Of a stretch of 64,000 nucleotides of DNA, positions 23,901-36,848 are shown in pieces. Positions within the stretch are counted from its first letter, which is position 1; every line of letters starts with the position of its first letter. The notes under the pieces were generated by a model. That model was not told where the DNA came from, did not search any database, and was given only the letters and a program-made list of their open reading frames with translations. A program made the position numbers and the translations under genes. Source of the DNA: Hypanus sabinus (Eukaryota); NCBI RefSeq assembly GCF_030144855.1, contig NC_082728.1:32674001-32738000 (forward strand), written 5' to 3'.

Positions 23901-25638
23901 TTTTACTGAAGCCCTCAAGAAGATCCGCATATTCAGCCAGAATCTCAGACAGGTCACATCCTTAGCTGACACAGGAGGGGATTCATGAAACTGGGCCCAG
24001 ACAGGTTGACAGGCATACTGGTCCCCACTCTGGGAGTTCTTTCAGAGACCAATAGATACATGGGTTAAGGTGGGGTATCCAGGGGAGACCAAGCACTGGT
24101 AGCAGTTCAGGTGAACCAACCGGATCTTCACAACTTGGACGGGTTGGGTGGAAAGGTGGATCTGGCAGGTGCCCAGAGATCGATCGCCCAGCGCCTTAAT
24201 GTTGATATTTTTTCTTAATTCCTGAGTCAGAACTCCCCATCATTGAGCTAGAGAGATGTCCATGAGATTCCTGGCTGAACAGGAGTCAATAAATGGCTTA
24301 CGTATGTCCACAACAAGGAAGCTGAGAGCATTGCACTCAGGGGAAGCTGACTGCAGAGAAAACCGACCCATCACGCCTCCCTTCCCTGCAGACTGGTATC
24401 CTCTTTTACTAGATGCTTGGGACATTCTGTCTGGAAATGTCCTGGATAGCCAGAATAGAGGCAGGAACATGTTTTTCTGTGCTGCTCTCATTACTCCTGA
24501 GACAGTTGCATGCACCTCACTTGCATAGGCCCCTCCATGGATAGTGTTCTGGGTGGTGAGGGAAAGAGTGAGAAAAGACAGTGATCAAATGGTACGCAGG
24601 GAGCTTGAGACATTCTTTCCCTATGTCACAGTCGTCAACTCAAATGGCTAGATAAGTCAGGTCATCCAGACTATCTTGCTTCAGTCCATGCAGGAAAGCA
24701 GTTATGAGAGAGCTCTCATGCCATCCCGTCTCTACTGCAGGCATGCAGAATTTGACTGCATAGGCCCTCACTGTCCCTTTGCCTTGGCACAGGTCCAGGA
24801 GTCAGTGAGCAGCCTCCTGACCCCATACTGGAAGGTCAAAATCTCTCCTTAGCTCTGCAAAGAAATATCAGATGACTGGGATGAGGGGCACACTTGCTCC
24901 CATAAAGCGTTGAACAAGCTGAGTGGAGGTCCACCCAGGAAAAAGACTACGTACTCCAGTTTCCTCACATCATCACCAAAGTGTCCAGGCTGGGCTTGGA
25001 GTGTCATCTTGTATTAGGTAATAAAATTTCTGCAGCCATCTGGATCCCTAAACTATCTGCCTTGTTGTGGAATATTTGGTTCTTGTTCGGACGCAGGGAT
25101 CTGCTGGGGTCCGAAAGCGGGAGTCAGTTCTGGTCCAGGCATGGGAGTGGTAGCATTAGCGGCAGAGTTTGTTGGGGCAGCAGAAAAGGAGGACCTGTGA
25201 GATGCTGGGAGAGGAACTGATGCGGTCGGAGGCTGCAGAATTGCCTTGGTGAGAATGCTAATGGTTGCAAGCTGACACTGTCTGTCCACAGCAAGTTCGC
25301 GGATGGTGACTGTGAGAGCGGAAATTGCAGACACCTGACTCCAATTGTCTGTGGTGAGCTGTTGAACAGTTGCAGTAAGGGATGAAACCCGTTCCTCCAG
25401 ATCAGACTGGGCTTGCTGGCACGAGATTATCTGCCTCATTGCTTCAGTAATTTCACCCAGAACAGATTCAATTGCCTGTAGCTTGTACCTTACCTGACCA
25501 ATGAATATCAGGGCCAATGTCAGCTGCTCTCTCTCTGCTGGGTCCGCCTTTGTGAGGTCAAGACTTGCTGTCATTTCATTTGGATATGGCCCAAGTGTGG
25601 CGAGAGAGACACTGAAGCGATAGTTCACTGACTTTAAT

Positions 25639-26915
25639 TGAATTGAAGTAACTTTGTTACTTACATCCTTCATATACATAAGGAGTAAAAATCTTTATGT
25701 TACATCTCCGTCTACGTGTGCAATGTGCTATTTATAGTAACTTATAATAAATAGTATGTACAACAGGACAGTCAATATAACATAGAAACACAATTGTGTC
25801 AGCATGAATTAATCAGTCTGATAGTCTGATGGAAGAAGCTGTCCTGGAGCCTGTTGGTCCTGGATTTTATGCTGTGGTACTTTTTCTCAGATGGTGACAG
25901 CTGGAACAATTTGTGGTTGGAGTAATTTGGGTACACAATTATCCTTAAGGCCATTTTTTGCACACTTGTCTTTGTAAATGTCCTGAATCGTGCAAAGTTG
26001 ACATCTATAGATGTCCTGGGCTGTCTGCACCACTCTCTGCAGAGTCCTGTGATTGAGGGAAGTACAGTTCCCATACTAGGAAGTCATGCAGCCAGTCAGG
26101 ATGCTGTCAATTGTGCTCCTGTAGAAAGTTCTTAAGATTTTGGGGGCCCATACCAAACTTCCTCAACCATCTGAGGTGAAAGAGACTCTATTGTCTGTAC
26201 AGACCACTTGAGATCCTTGGTGATGTTAATGCTGAGGAATTTAAAGCTTTTCACCCTCTCAACCCCAGATCCATTGATGTCAATAGGGGTTCACCTGTCT
26301 CCATTCCTCCTGTAGTCCACAACCATCACCTTTGTTTTTGCGACTTTGAGGGAGAGGTTGTTTTCTTGACACCAATGTTTCAGAGTGTTGACTTCTTCTC
26401 TGTAGGCTGCCTCATTATTATTTGAGATTAGGCCAATCAGAGAAGTGTCATCAACAAATTTTAGCAGATTGGAGCTATGGTTGGCGACACAGTTGTGGGT
26501 ATACAGTGAGTACAGGAGGGGGCTTAGGACACAGCCCTGAGGGGCAACTGTGTTGCGGGTCATAGGGCAGAGGTAAGGGAGCCCATCTGCCGGCAATCTG
26601 ACAAGAAGAGCAGGATCCAGCTACACAAGGCAGGGTGAAGGCTGAGGTCTCTGAGCTTCTTGTCGAGCCTGGAGGGAATTATGTTGTTGAATGCTGAACT
26701 GTAGTCCAAGAACAGCATTCTCACATAAGCATCCTTCTTCTCTAGGTGTGTAATGCTGGTGTGTAGGGCTGGGGCTATTGCATTATCTGCCGATAGGTTG
26801 TGTCAGTAGGTGAAGTATAGGGGGTGTGAGTGGTAGCAAGCTGCAGATTTAGCCCTTGACCGGCCTCTCGAAACATTTGCTTATTATTGAGGTGAGTGCA
26901 ACAGGATACAAGTCC
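25639..26915 (-). mobile_element. Rex1/Babar LINE, 5'-truncated
   Basis: ORF 26291-26596 [19 protein letters not shown]...KFVDD...WCQENNLSL.V.KTK, a LQDSFF C-terminus, and a simple-repeat tail ending at 25639. Confidence 0.85.
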
Positions 26916-26921
26916 TTCAGA

Positions 26922-29900
26922 CATAAAACCACAGAACCATACAGCACAGAAACAGGCCTTTAGGCCCTTCTTGGCTGTGTCAAACCATTTTTCTGCCTAG
27001 TCCCACTGACCTGCACCTGGCCCATATCCCTCCATACACCTCTCATCCATGTATCTGTCCAAGTTTTTCTTAAATGTTAAAAGTGAGCCCACATTTACCA
27101 TTTCATCTGGCAGCTCATTCCACACTCCTACCACTCTCTGTGTGAAGAAGCTCCCCCAAATATTCCCTTTAAACATTTCCCCCTTCATCCTTAACCCATG
27201 TCCTCTGGTTTTTTTCTCCCCTAGCCTCAGTGGAAAAAGCCTGCTTGCATTCACTCTATCTATACCCATCATAATTTCATATACCTCTGTCAAATCTCCC
27301 CTCATTCTTCTACGCTCCAGGGAATAAAGTCCTAACCTATTCAACCTTTCTCTGTAACTCAGTTTCTCAAGTCCCGGCAACATCCTTGTAAACCTCCCCT
27401 GCACTCTTTCAACCTTATTAATATCCTTTCTGTAATTTGGTGACCAAAACTGCACACAATACTCAAAATTCGGTCACACCAATGCTTTATACAACCTCAT
27501 CATAACATTCCAACTCTTATACTCAATACTTTGAATTACGAAGGCCAATATACCAAAAACTCTCTTTACCACCCTATCTACCTGTGATGCCACTTTTAGG
27601 GAATTATGTATCCATATTCCTAGATCCCTCTGGTCTACTGCACTCCTCAGTGTCCTACCATTTACCTTGTATGTTTTACCTTGGTTTTTTTCCATTTCAA
27701 AATACCATACCTCACACTTGTCTGTATTAAACTCCATCTGCCATTTTTCAGCCCATTTTTCCAGCTGGTCCAGATCCCTCTGCAAGCTTTGAAAACTTTC
27801 CTCACTGTCCACTACACCTCCAATCTTTGTATCATCAGCGAATTTGCTAATCCAATTTACCACATTATCATCCAGATCATTGATATAGATGACAGATAAC
27901 AATGGACCCAGCACCTATCCCTGTGGCACACCACTAGTCACAGTCCTCCACTCAGAGAAGCAATCCTTCACTACCACTATCTGGCCTCTCCCATTGAGCC
28001 AATGTCTAATCCAGTTTTCTACCTCACCATAGCGACTGAATCTTCCTAACTAACCTCCCATGCGGGACCTTGTCAAAGGCCTTGCTGAAGTCCATGTAGA
28101 CAACATCCACTGCCTTCCCTTCATCCACTTTCCTTGTAACATCCTTGAAAAACTCTAACAGATTTGTTAAACATGATCTACCACGCACAAAGCCAAGTGG
28201 ACTCTCTCTGATAAGTCCCTGTCTATCTAAATACTTGTAGATCCTATCTCTTAGTACTCCTTGCAATAATTTACCTACTTCCAATGTCAAAATTACCGGC
28301 CTATAATTTCCTGGATTACTCTTAGAGCCTTTTTTAAACATCAGAACAACATGAGCTATCCTCCAATCTTCTGGCACCTCACCCGTAGAATACCAACATT
28401 TTTAATATATCTGCCAGGGCTCCTGCAATTTCAACACTAGTCTCCTTCAAGGTCCGGGGGAATACCCTGTCAGGTCTTGGGGATTTATTTACTCTGATTT
28501 GCCTCAAGATAGCAAGCAACTCCTCCTCTTCAATCTGTATAGGTTCCATGACCTCACTACTTGTTTGCCTTATTTCCATAGACTCCATGCCAGTTTCATT
28601 AGTAAATACAAATGCAAAAAACCATTTAAGATCTTCCCCATTTCTTTTGGTTCCATACATAGCTGACCACTCTGATCTTCAAGAGGACCAATTTTATCCC
28701 TTACTATCCTTTTGCTATAAACATACCTGTAGAAGCTCTTTGGATTATCCTTCACCTTGACTGCCAAAGCTACCTCATGTATTCTTTTAGCCCTCCTGAT
28801 TTCTTTTTTAAGTAATTTTTTGCACTTTTTATACTCCTCAAGTACCTTATTTGCTCCCTATTTCCTATACATGTCATACATCTCTCTCTTCTTCTTTATC
28901 AGAGTTCCAATATCCCTCGAGAACCAAGGTTCCTTATTCTTATTCACTTTACATTTAATCCTGACAGGAAGATACAAACTCTGCACTCTCAAAATTTCTC
29001 CTTTGAAGGCCTCCCACTTACCAACGACATCCTTGCCAGTGAACAACCTGTCCCAATCCACGCTCTTTAGATCCTTTCTCATTTCTTTAGATTTGGCCTT
29101 TTTCCAGTTTAGAACCTCAATCCAAGGACCAGATTTATCTTTATCCATGATCAAGTTGAAACTAATGGTGTTATGATCAGTAGACCCATAGTGTTCCCCT
29201 ATGCACACTTCCGTTACCTGCCCTAACTCATTTCTTAATAAGAGATCTAATATTGCATCCTCTCTAGTTGGTACCTCTATATATTGATCTAGAAAACTTT
29301 CTTGAACACATTTTACAAACTCTAACCCATCTAGGCCTTTAGTGGTATGGGAGTCCCAATCAATATGTGGAAAATTGAAATCCCCTATGTCAGAACTTTG
29401 TTTCCTGCACTTGTCTGCTATCTCTCTGCAGATTTGCTCCTCTAATTCTCGCTGACTATTGGGTGGTCTATAGTACAACCCCATTAATGTGGTCATACCT
29501 TTCCTGTTTCTCAGCTCCACCCATATGGCATTAGTAGACAAACCCTCTAATCTGTCCTGCCTGAGCACTGCTGTAAAATTTTCCCTGACTAGCAATTGCA
29601 ACCCCCCCCCCACCCCCCCCCACCCTTCATCCCTCTGCCTCTATCACGTCTGAAACATCAGAACCCTGGAGCATTAAGCTGCCGGTCCTGCCCCTCCTGT
29701 AGCCAAGTTTCACTAATGGCTACAATGTCATAATTCCATGTGTCAATCTACACCCTCAGCTCGTCAGCCTTCCCCACAATACTCCTCACATTGAAATAGA
29801 CACACCTCAGAAGATTATTACCACCACACACAACCCTTCTATTTGTGACTTTGCATGAAACTTTAACATAATTTATTTTCACCCTTGCTCCATTATCTAC

Positions 29901-30255
29901 TCTGGTTCCCATCCCTCTGCAAATCTAGTTTAAACACCCCCCCTTCCCCCCAATAGCACTAACAAACCTCCCTGCAAGGACATTGGTCCCCCTGTAGTTC
30001 AGGTGTAACCCATCTCTCTTGTACAGGTCCCACCTGCCCCAGAAGAGGTCCCAATGATCCTGAAATCTAAAACCCTGTCTCCAACACCAGTTCCTCAGCC
30101 ATGTGTTCATCCTCCAGAGCAGCCTATTCTTACCCTCACTGGCACGTGGCACAGGTAGCAATCTTGTGATTACCACCCTCGAGGTCCTGCTTTTTTAACT
30201 TCCTACCAAGCTCTCTACACTCACTCTTCAGGACCTCCTCACTCTCTCTTCCTAC
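26922..30255 (-). mobile_element. CR1 LINE (3' part of ORF1, APE endonuclease, RT, 3' tail)
   Basis: ORFs 29925-30176 (esterase end), 28858-29613 (APE: GDFNFPHIDW, ILDLLL, DHN), 28024-28377, 27474-27914 (KFADD) and 26997-27455. Tail at about 26922-26945. Confidence 0.92.
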
Positions 30256-31387
30256 ATGTGAACAGGGTTTTAAGGAAAAGGAAAACAATAAACACTAGGG
30301 CCAAACAGGGCCATTAACTAAAACTCTCAAATGGAAAACTAGATGGCAATACTACGGCTGAAAGGAATCACTATGTATTAAAATAAATACAGCTGATCTT
30401 CGGCATTAGTCAACTCGACAATCCACTTTCTTAGGCAAGGCTAAATGTGAGCAGGCAGAGTATCATTGCTGTGCTTTTGCTTAAGTCTTGACAAGCACAA
30501 CAATGAAAAGGAGTTAAATCCTACCATAACAAAATAATAATTAGCTGACATGTACATATTCACGAGCGCAATTGCTGAGTCTGCTGTGCTGCCAAATCCA
30601 TGATTGTGAAAAAACTAGCTTACAAGGCAGCTCCTTTTCAATTGCTTTATTAATGTCCACACACATGACATCGATCACCCTTCTTTATCATCTCCTTTGT
30701 TACATCCTCAATAAACTTAGTTGAATGAGTTGGGAAGAATTTTTCCCTCATGAAGTCAGGCTGACCATTTTGACCAGTTCCTGTTTTTCCAAATGACTCA
30801 GGACTTTTTCCAATTATTTCTCCTGCACAGATGCAAGGCTCACCGGCCAGTAGCTCCCATTCTTAAATAAAGGAATGATATTTGTCATCCAATGAAAGAG
30901 AATCCTTAAATATGGTATGATTGGGGGTGGGGTGAGATGTTTGTGAATCAAGGCAGGAGGAAGAGTAAAACAAGCAAAAGGAAGGGGTGAAAAATAGGAG
31001 GGAATATAGGGGATATAAGTGGGAAAGCAGCAAAGTTTGTGGTAAAAACGTAAGATGTATTCAACATGGCTAAAAGTTATTTTATGACAATCAGCTGACA
31101 GCAGAAACAAAAGTTAAGAGAGCATTGTGGTGCAGGACAGTATACAATGATGACTTATTAATCATTCAATTTGTGGAACTTTTAGTTTGCAATGTTGGGA
31201 TAGAGTGGGTCAATAGGAAAACACAGATTGACATAACAATGTAACTGAACAAAAGAATGATAATTGTGAATGGCAGTAACGAAGATCCATTTTAATTGTT
31301 GCATGTTTTGATAATTGACTGAAATTTCACACTTTTTTGGGCAAACATAGATTTAGTATCCAAAAGCAGCTCATGGATTTTCAGTCA

Positions 31388-31915
31388 ATCCATGGCCTCC
31401 TCTCCTGTTGTGATGAGACCACACTCAGATTAGAGGAACAACAACTTAAATTCTGTCTTGGCAGACTCCAACCTGATGGCATTAACATTAATATCTCAAA
31501 CTTTCAGTAATGGCAAACCACTCCCCCTCCTCCTGCCCTCTCCTTCACCATTCCCCATCCCCTTTCCCCTCTCTCACCTTATCTCCTTGCCTGCCCAGCA
31601 TCTGCCTCTGGTGCTCCTCCCACCTTTTCTTTCTTCCATGACCTTCTGTTCTCTCCTCTCAGACTCCCCATTCTCCATCCCTGCATCTCTTTCACCAATT
31701 AACGTCCAAGCTCTTTACTTCATCTCTCCCCCTCCTGGTTTCACCTGTCACGTTGAGTTTTTCTCTCCCCCTCCCACCTTTTAAGTCTACTCCTCATCTT
31801 TTTTTTTCCAGTCTTGCCAAAGGGTCTTGGCCCGAAATGTCGACTATACTTATTTCCATAGATGCTGCCTGGACCGCTAAGTTCCTCCAGCATTTTGTGT
31901 ATGTTGCTTGGATAC
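31388..31915 (+). mobile_element. Penelope-like element 3' end (GIY-YIG C-terminus plus pLTR)
   Basis: Reads DETTLRLEEQQLKFCLGRLQPDGINI, then a pyrimidine-rich tract and the GATGCTGCCTGG...GAGTTCCTCCAGCATTTTG repeat. Confidence 0.8.
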
Positions 31916-31989
31916 AAAGATACTGGTAATAAAGTTCTTTGTCGCGTTGTCATTACATTGTTGCATTTCCCCCAGTGACCAGTGTTAAG

Positions 31990-32510
31990 CAATACTTCTG
32001 TGGTGTCATGAGCAAATGTTTGCTGTTGAAAATGAGCATAACCATTACCTTCAAAACCACTGAAAGTATACCACAAGCTTGTGCAGAGTACATTGCCCTT
32101 TTGTGTGAATCTTCCTGTACATTTCCCTTCTCTAAGTATTCTGTATGTGTGCTGCCACTTCCTGTTTTTTCTGTGGTGAGAAAGAGTCAGTTAGCACAAC
32201 GGTTCTTAAATACTTTTTCAGTGCTGCTGCTCTTCTGCAAAACTGTTAAACATAAGGCTCCTGACAAATCTCCTTTGTGCCGTTTGTGTGAAAGGATGAT
32301 GCTTCCTGCCGGCGGTGAGAAGCAGGGCTGTATCTGTGGACAGACTGAGGAACATTCGTACTGCAAGCAGCAACACTGAAACCCGTCAGCAACTTCGAAA
32401 TCAGAAACCTCTTTATTGAAACAGATCAAAGTTGCATCTTACAGCCTTCAGGCAAACTTTTAGCTTACTTTTTGCAGAACAGCTCTCTCAGAAGGTCATA
32501 TTGCGCAACC
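31990..32510. promoter_or_regulatory. Candidate lymphocyte enhancer (motif cluster in unique sequence)
   Basis: RUNX TGTGGT/ACCACA at 31999, 32070, 32172; ETS CACTTCCTG at 32156 plus CTTCCTG at 32111 and 32303; MYB CAGTTA 32188 and CAACGG 32197; TCF/LEF AGATCAAAG 32423; C/EBP ATTGCGCAAC 32500. Motif evidence only. Confidence 0.4.
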
Positions 32511-34008
32511 TTCATGTTGACATACTTGCAACACAATGGCTTTTTACGTAGGCAAGAAGGGGACAGGGTATGGAGGGCAGACGGAGGATCAATAAGGGGC
32601 AGGTACAGGCAAAGGAGCTGGAGAGTAGGAACATAAGGGTGTGAGTGAGGACAGGAGAGCAGGAGAGACAAAACTGTTGAGATCTATGAGATAGTTTAAT
32701 CTCCCTGATCTCTTTTATCCTAGAAGAAGGCTTACTGAGAGGTTGCTACAAGCCATCAGATATCTACTATAGTTTGGTAAACAATATAAACAAACAGCAG
32801 AAACTGGAAATATGAAACAAAAGCAAAAATGTGACTCAGCAGGTCCTGCAACACCTGTAATGGATATTTCCTTTGATTTATTTTGCTTTGGTGCTCTGCT
32901 CCCGCTCTGCAGATTCAGTGGTGTATGTGCCAATGTCTTCATATTCAAATCAGTCAAATAGCCTCCTTAGTGGTCTTTTGGAAACAGAAGCTGTTCCCTT
33001 TATCTGGAAAGCTTCCTCTTTCATGTCTTGAGATTACCTGGGCCGTGATGTGAGTGTCCATTCTGCATCTTCATTGCCTCATAGTCATATAGTACAGGCA
33101 TAAAATAGGTCCTTTGCTGACCAAGATGTCTGTCTGAGCTTGTCCCATTGCCTGTATTTGATCTGTATCCCACTAAGCCTATTATATCAATATGAGCATC
33201 CAAATATTTTTTAAAAATGTAATTGTACCTGCTTCTTTAGCTTCCTCTGGCAACTTGTTCCATATACCCACCACATTTTGTGTGAAAATCTTCTTAATTT
33301 TTCCACTCTCACCTTAAACCTATACCCTTTAGTTTTAAAATTACACATACTGGGAATGAGACTATGATCTTGCCTAATTCCTATACTTCTATAACGTCAC
33401 TCCTTCATGCTGTCTCCAACTCTTGCTGGAGACAGATCTTCGGCAGCTCTGTTGCTGCACTGTGCTTATAAATTTGTGGTTGCCTTCCCTTACTTGTTTT
33501 GTACTTCCATCAGCCTCTTTGTTATTGGGATCTCATGATTCAATGCTCATCACCCTTGGCTTCAGGTATAGTAGAAGGCTTGGGTGGTTAACAGGGCTCT
33601 GTCAGTAATGATGGAGCAGCTTTGACCAACTTTAAAACGTTCTGTGCTATCTATTACTCAGTAGAAAGGTCAGTGCTATTGTCCAGTGATTAAACAGCCA
33701 AATGGAACTGTCTTCTGTGAGCTGCAATCCATTTTCAATGACCATCACTTCAGGGATGACTGATTGCAACCAGCTGAAAGATTCTTTGACTTAGAAGAAT
33801 GACTGGTGATCTTATTGAGACACATAAGATCATAAAAGGGTAGGTGTTGAGATGTTTCTCTTAGGAGAGAATTGAAAGAGGTCATAGTTACAAAGTAAGA
33901 GGTAGTCATTTAAAACTGAAGCATGTAGGAATTCTATCTCTCAGAAGGTGGTGAATCTCTGGAATGTTCTACCCCAGAGCAATATGAAGCGGAATGTGTT
34001 ATTATGTG

Positions 34009-34840
34009 TGTTATATAACACAGTACCAGTATGTGGGCGGTTCACCCAGAACTGGAGGTGACATTGGTGAACAGAACACACACCCTTCAGGCAGGGCGGA
34101 GTGTCCCAAGTAAAATGTAGTCGAGCTAAAGCCATTCTGTAAGTAAACAGAACAGAATAAACCTGTTAAATTTTTACCCACACAGGTTTGTCTTTACTCT
34201 GAACAAACATAGGTTGGTGCCAGAAGTCGGTGTGAGGTCTGAAGATGGAGCGTAAATGAATACCACAAGTGACTAAGAATGAGACACTGGTTCCGATGGA
34301 GAGAAGCTGCTGGCAAGAGATAACATTGCTTTGAAGCTGCCACCCAGACAGCACATTATGTTTTTAAGCTGCCTAAATTCACTAGATTCACCAACAGAAT
34401 ACCAAGTGAGAGCCCAAAAATTCTGTAATGGATAACCTAAATCCTCCTGCAGCTAAGCAGGTTACTGGACATCTACAACAGCTTTCAAGTTGATGAGATA
34501 GACTTTAATCTGGACACTCCAGTGACAAAATTTGACAACTATCTTGTCCCAAGTAAAAGCATCACATTTGAGAGATATAAGTTCTTCTCCTGTGACCAGA
34601 AACAAGGGTATTAGCTTTGACCAATACTTATCTGAGCTTCGCACGCTGAGCAAGTCCTGTAAGTTTGTAGATTTCAGAGACTTACTGGTTAGAGACAAAA
34701 TAGGTTGTGGAATCCCAGATAATGAGCTCAGAGAAAGCTTGCTTCATGAAAAAGATTTGACGTTAGAAAAGACTGTGAATATGTGTAGGACAGCAGACAG
34801 CACACGAGCACAAGCTAAGGAGCTGCACGGAGACAATTCT
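34009..34840 (+). mobile_element. Gypsy 5' fragment: short LTR, PBS-like sequence, partial gag
   Basis: LTR-like segment about 34009-34209. TGGTGCCAGAAGT at 34215 resembles a tRNA-Leu PBS. ORF 34532-34873 SFDQYLSELRTLSKSCKF...LVRDKI.CGI.D..LRESLL.EKDLTLEK is gag-like. A CR1 3' scrap precedes it at about 33790-33985. Confidence 0.75.
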
Positions 34841-35739
34841 CATTTTGACGATTGCTATCTCATCATACGCTAAGCTGGATGCTTGGTGCTTGCACATGTT
34901 ATGTGGCTCAGCTATCACTGCCTTAGTCAGGCTCTCCAACTTTACTTTAAATTTCCCTTTAATGACCAATGGATTACAGCATGAGTAGGTAGCACTGGCT
35001 ATTTCTGTTCATCTAGGACTAAATGGAACTTAACTTCTTGCTTATTTATTGTTTAATTATTTATTTTGTTTCTATTTGTATTTGCACAAACTGTTATCTT
35101 TTACAAATTGGTTGTTTATCCTATTAGTTGTTCTGTCCTGTGTGAGTTTTCATTAATTCTATTGTGTTTCTTTCTATTTACTGTGAATTCACACAAGACA
35201 ATGAGTCTCAGGGTAATATATTGTGATATATATGAACTAAGATAATGAATTTACATTGAATGTTGAATTTTGAGATTCTCTGTTTCAATTAAATGTATCT
35301 ATAAGTTCATCTGTCACCTTTGCAATTGATGTGTTCAGTTGTTTTGGAAAGGTTGTCATGTTCCTGTCAGGGAAAATTTTTATCAATCTGATCTATTGTA
35401 TTGCTTGACTTCCAAATAAAAAGGTGTAATACCTTTCTGACCTATAAGGATAAAGTTTCTTTATTCAGCTTCATCATTTTTCAGAAGCATCTGCCAGACA
35501 GCCTTGGAGTAACCTTGGTATGTATCAAAGTCAACTGCACAATGCAGTTTGGCACAAGAGGAGGCTATTTAATGATCAAAAATCAAGTTGAAATTCTAAT
35601 TTTTGTTCTTGCAACACATCCCAACAGAGAAATATCAGATGCTTTATTTTCATAGAATTGACTTTGTTTGCCTTAATTCCAAGAAGATTTGAGTGGATAG
35701 AATAGTCATCCTGCTCCAATGATCCTGATTGATAAGTCA

Positions 35740-36848
35740 CAGACCTGAGCCTCTGTACATCCCTCTGCAATTGAATCCTTGACATCCTAACCAGAAAATC
35801 ACAATCTGTGCAGATTGCTGATAATATCTCCTCCTCGATGACAATCAACAGTGGTGAACCTCAACGGTGTGTCCTTAGTCCACTTCTCTATCCTTTCCAC
35901 ACCCTTGACTGCATGACTAGGCATAGCTCAAACACCATCTATAAATTTGCTGATGATACAATCTTTGTTGGTAGAATCTCAGATGGAGACGAGAGGGCGT
36001 ACATGAGCGAGATATGCCAACTAGTGGAGTGATATCGCAGCAACATGCTTGCACTCAATGTCAGTAAGATGATAGAGCTGAATGTGGACTTCAGGAAGTG
36101 TAAGACAAAGGAACACATACCAATCCTCATAGAGGGATCAGAAGTGGAGAGAGTGAGCAGTTTTAAGTTCCTGGGTGTCAAGATCTCTGAGGACCTAACC
36201 TGGTCCCAACATATCGATGCAGCTATAAAAAGGCAAAACAGTGACTATACTTCATGAGGAGTTTGAAGAGATTTGGTATATCAACAACTACACACAAAAA
36301 CTTCTATAGATCTACTGTGGAGAACATTCTGACAGGCTGCATCACTGTCTGGTATGGGGGGGGAGGAGGGCGGAGGGTTACTGGTCAGGACCAGAAGAAT
36401 CTGCAGAGGTTGTAAGTCTAGTGAGCTCCATCTTGGGTACTAGCCTACAAAGTACCCAGGACATCTTCAGAGAGTGGTGTCTCAGAAAGGCAGCGTCCAT
36501 TATTAAGGACATCCAGCGCCCAGGGCATGCCCTTGTCTCACTGTTACCATCAGGGAGGAGATACAGAAGCCTGAAGGCACACACTCAGCGATTCAGGAAC
36601 AGCTTCTTCCCCTCTGCCATCTGATTCCTAAATGAATATTGAACCCATGAACACTACCTCACCTTTTAAATATATATTATTTCTGTTTTTGCATGATTTT
36701 AATTTATTCAATATACATATACTGTAATAGATTTATTTATTTATTATTTTTTCCTCTATGTTGTCATGTATTGCATTCTACTGCTGCTGCTAAGTTAACA
36801 AATTTCATGAGACATGTTGGTGATAATAAACCTGATTCTGATTCTGAG
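35740..36848 (+). mobile_element. Rex1/Babar LINE 3' part
   Basis: PQRCVLSPLLY, YKFADD, FKFLGV.ISEDLTWS and RFRNSFFPSAI motifs; tail AATAAACCTGATTCTGATTCTGA. Confidence 0.88.

Larger units (their letters stand above)
19198..30611 (-). mobile_element. Old full-span chromoviral Gypsy; both LTRs interrupted by LINEs
   Basis: 3' LTR = 19198-19286 plus about 20925-21147. 5' LTR = 25569-25638 plus 30256-30611. 5-bp TSD AAACT at 19193-19197 and 30612-30616 (right terminus slightly decayed). PPT at 21148-21165. Internal gag (24240-25550), RT (PSTSLAGAGF...CIDY...RYPLP, 23051-23790), RNase H (22670-22940) and integrase (21450-22150). Confidence 0.85.

Noticed and set aside
31939-32379. 146-aa Cys-rich plus-strand ORF, and the 80-aa antisense ORF
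   Set aside because: No recognisable domain or convincing exon chain; better explained as non-coding, possibly regulatory, DNA.
35490-35525. 33-nt plus-strand segment with good splice signals; similar cases at about 22250-22340 and 3227-3285
   Set aside because: Isolated, with no consistent reading frame or partner exons. Such sites are common in AT-rich DNA.
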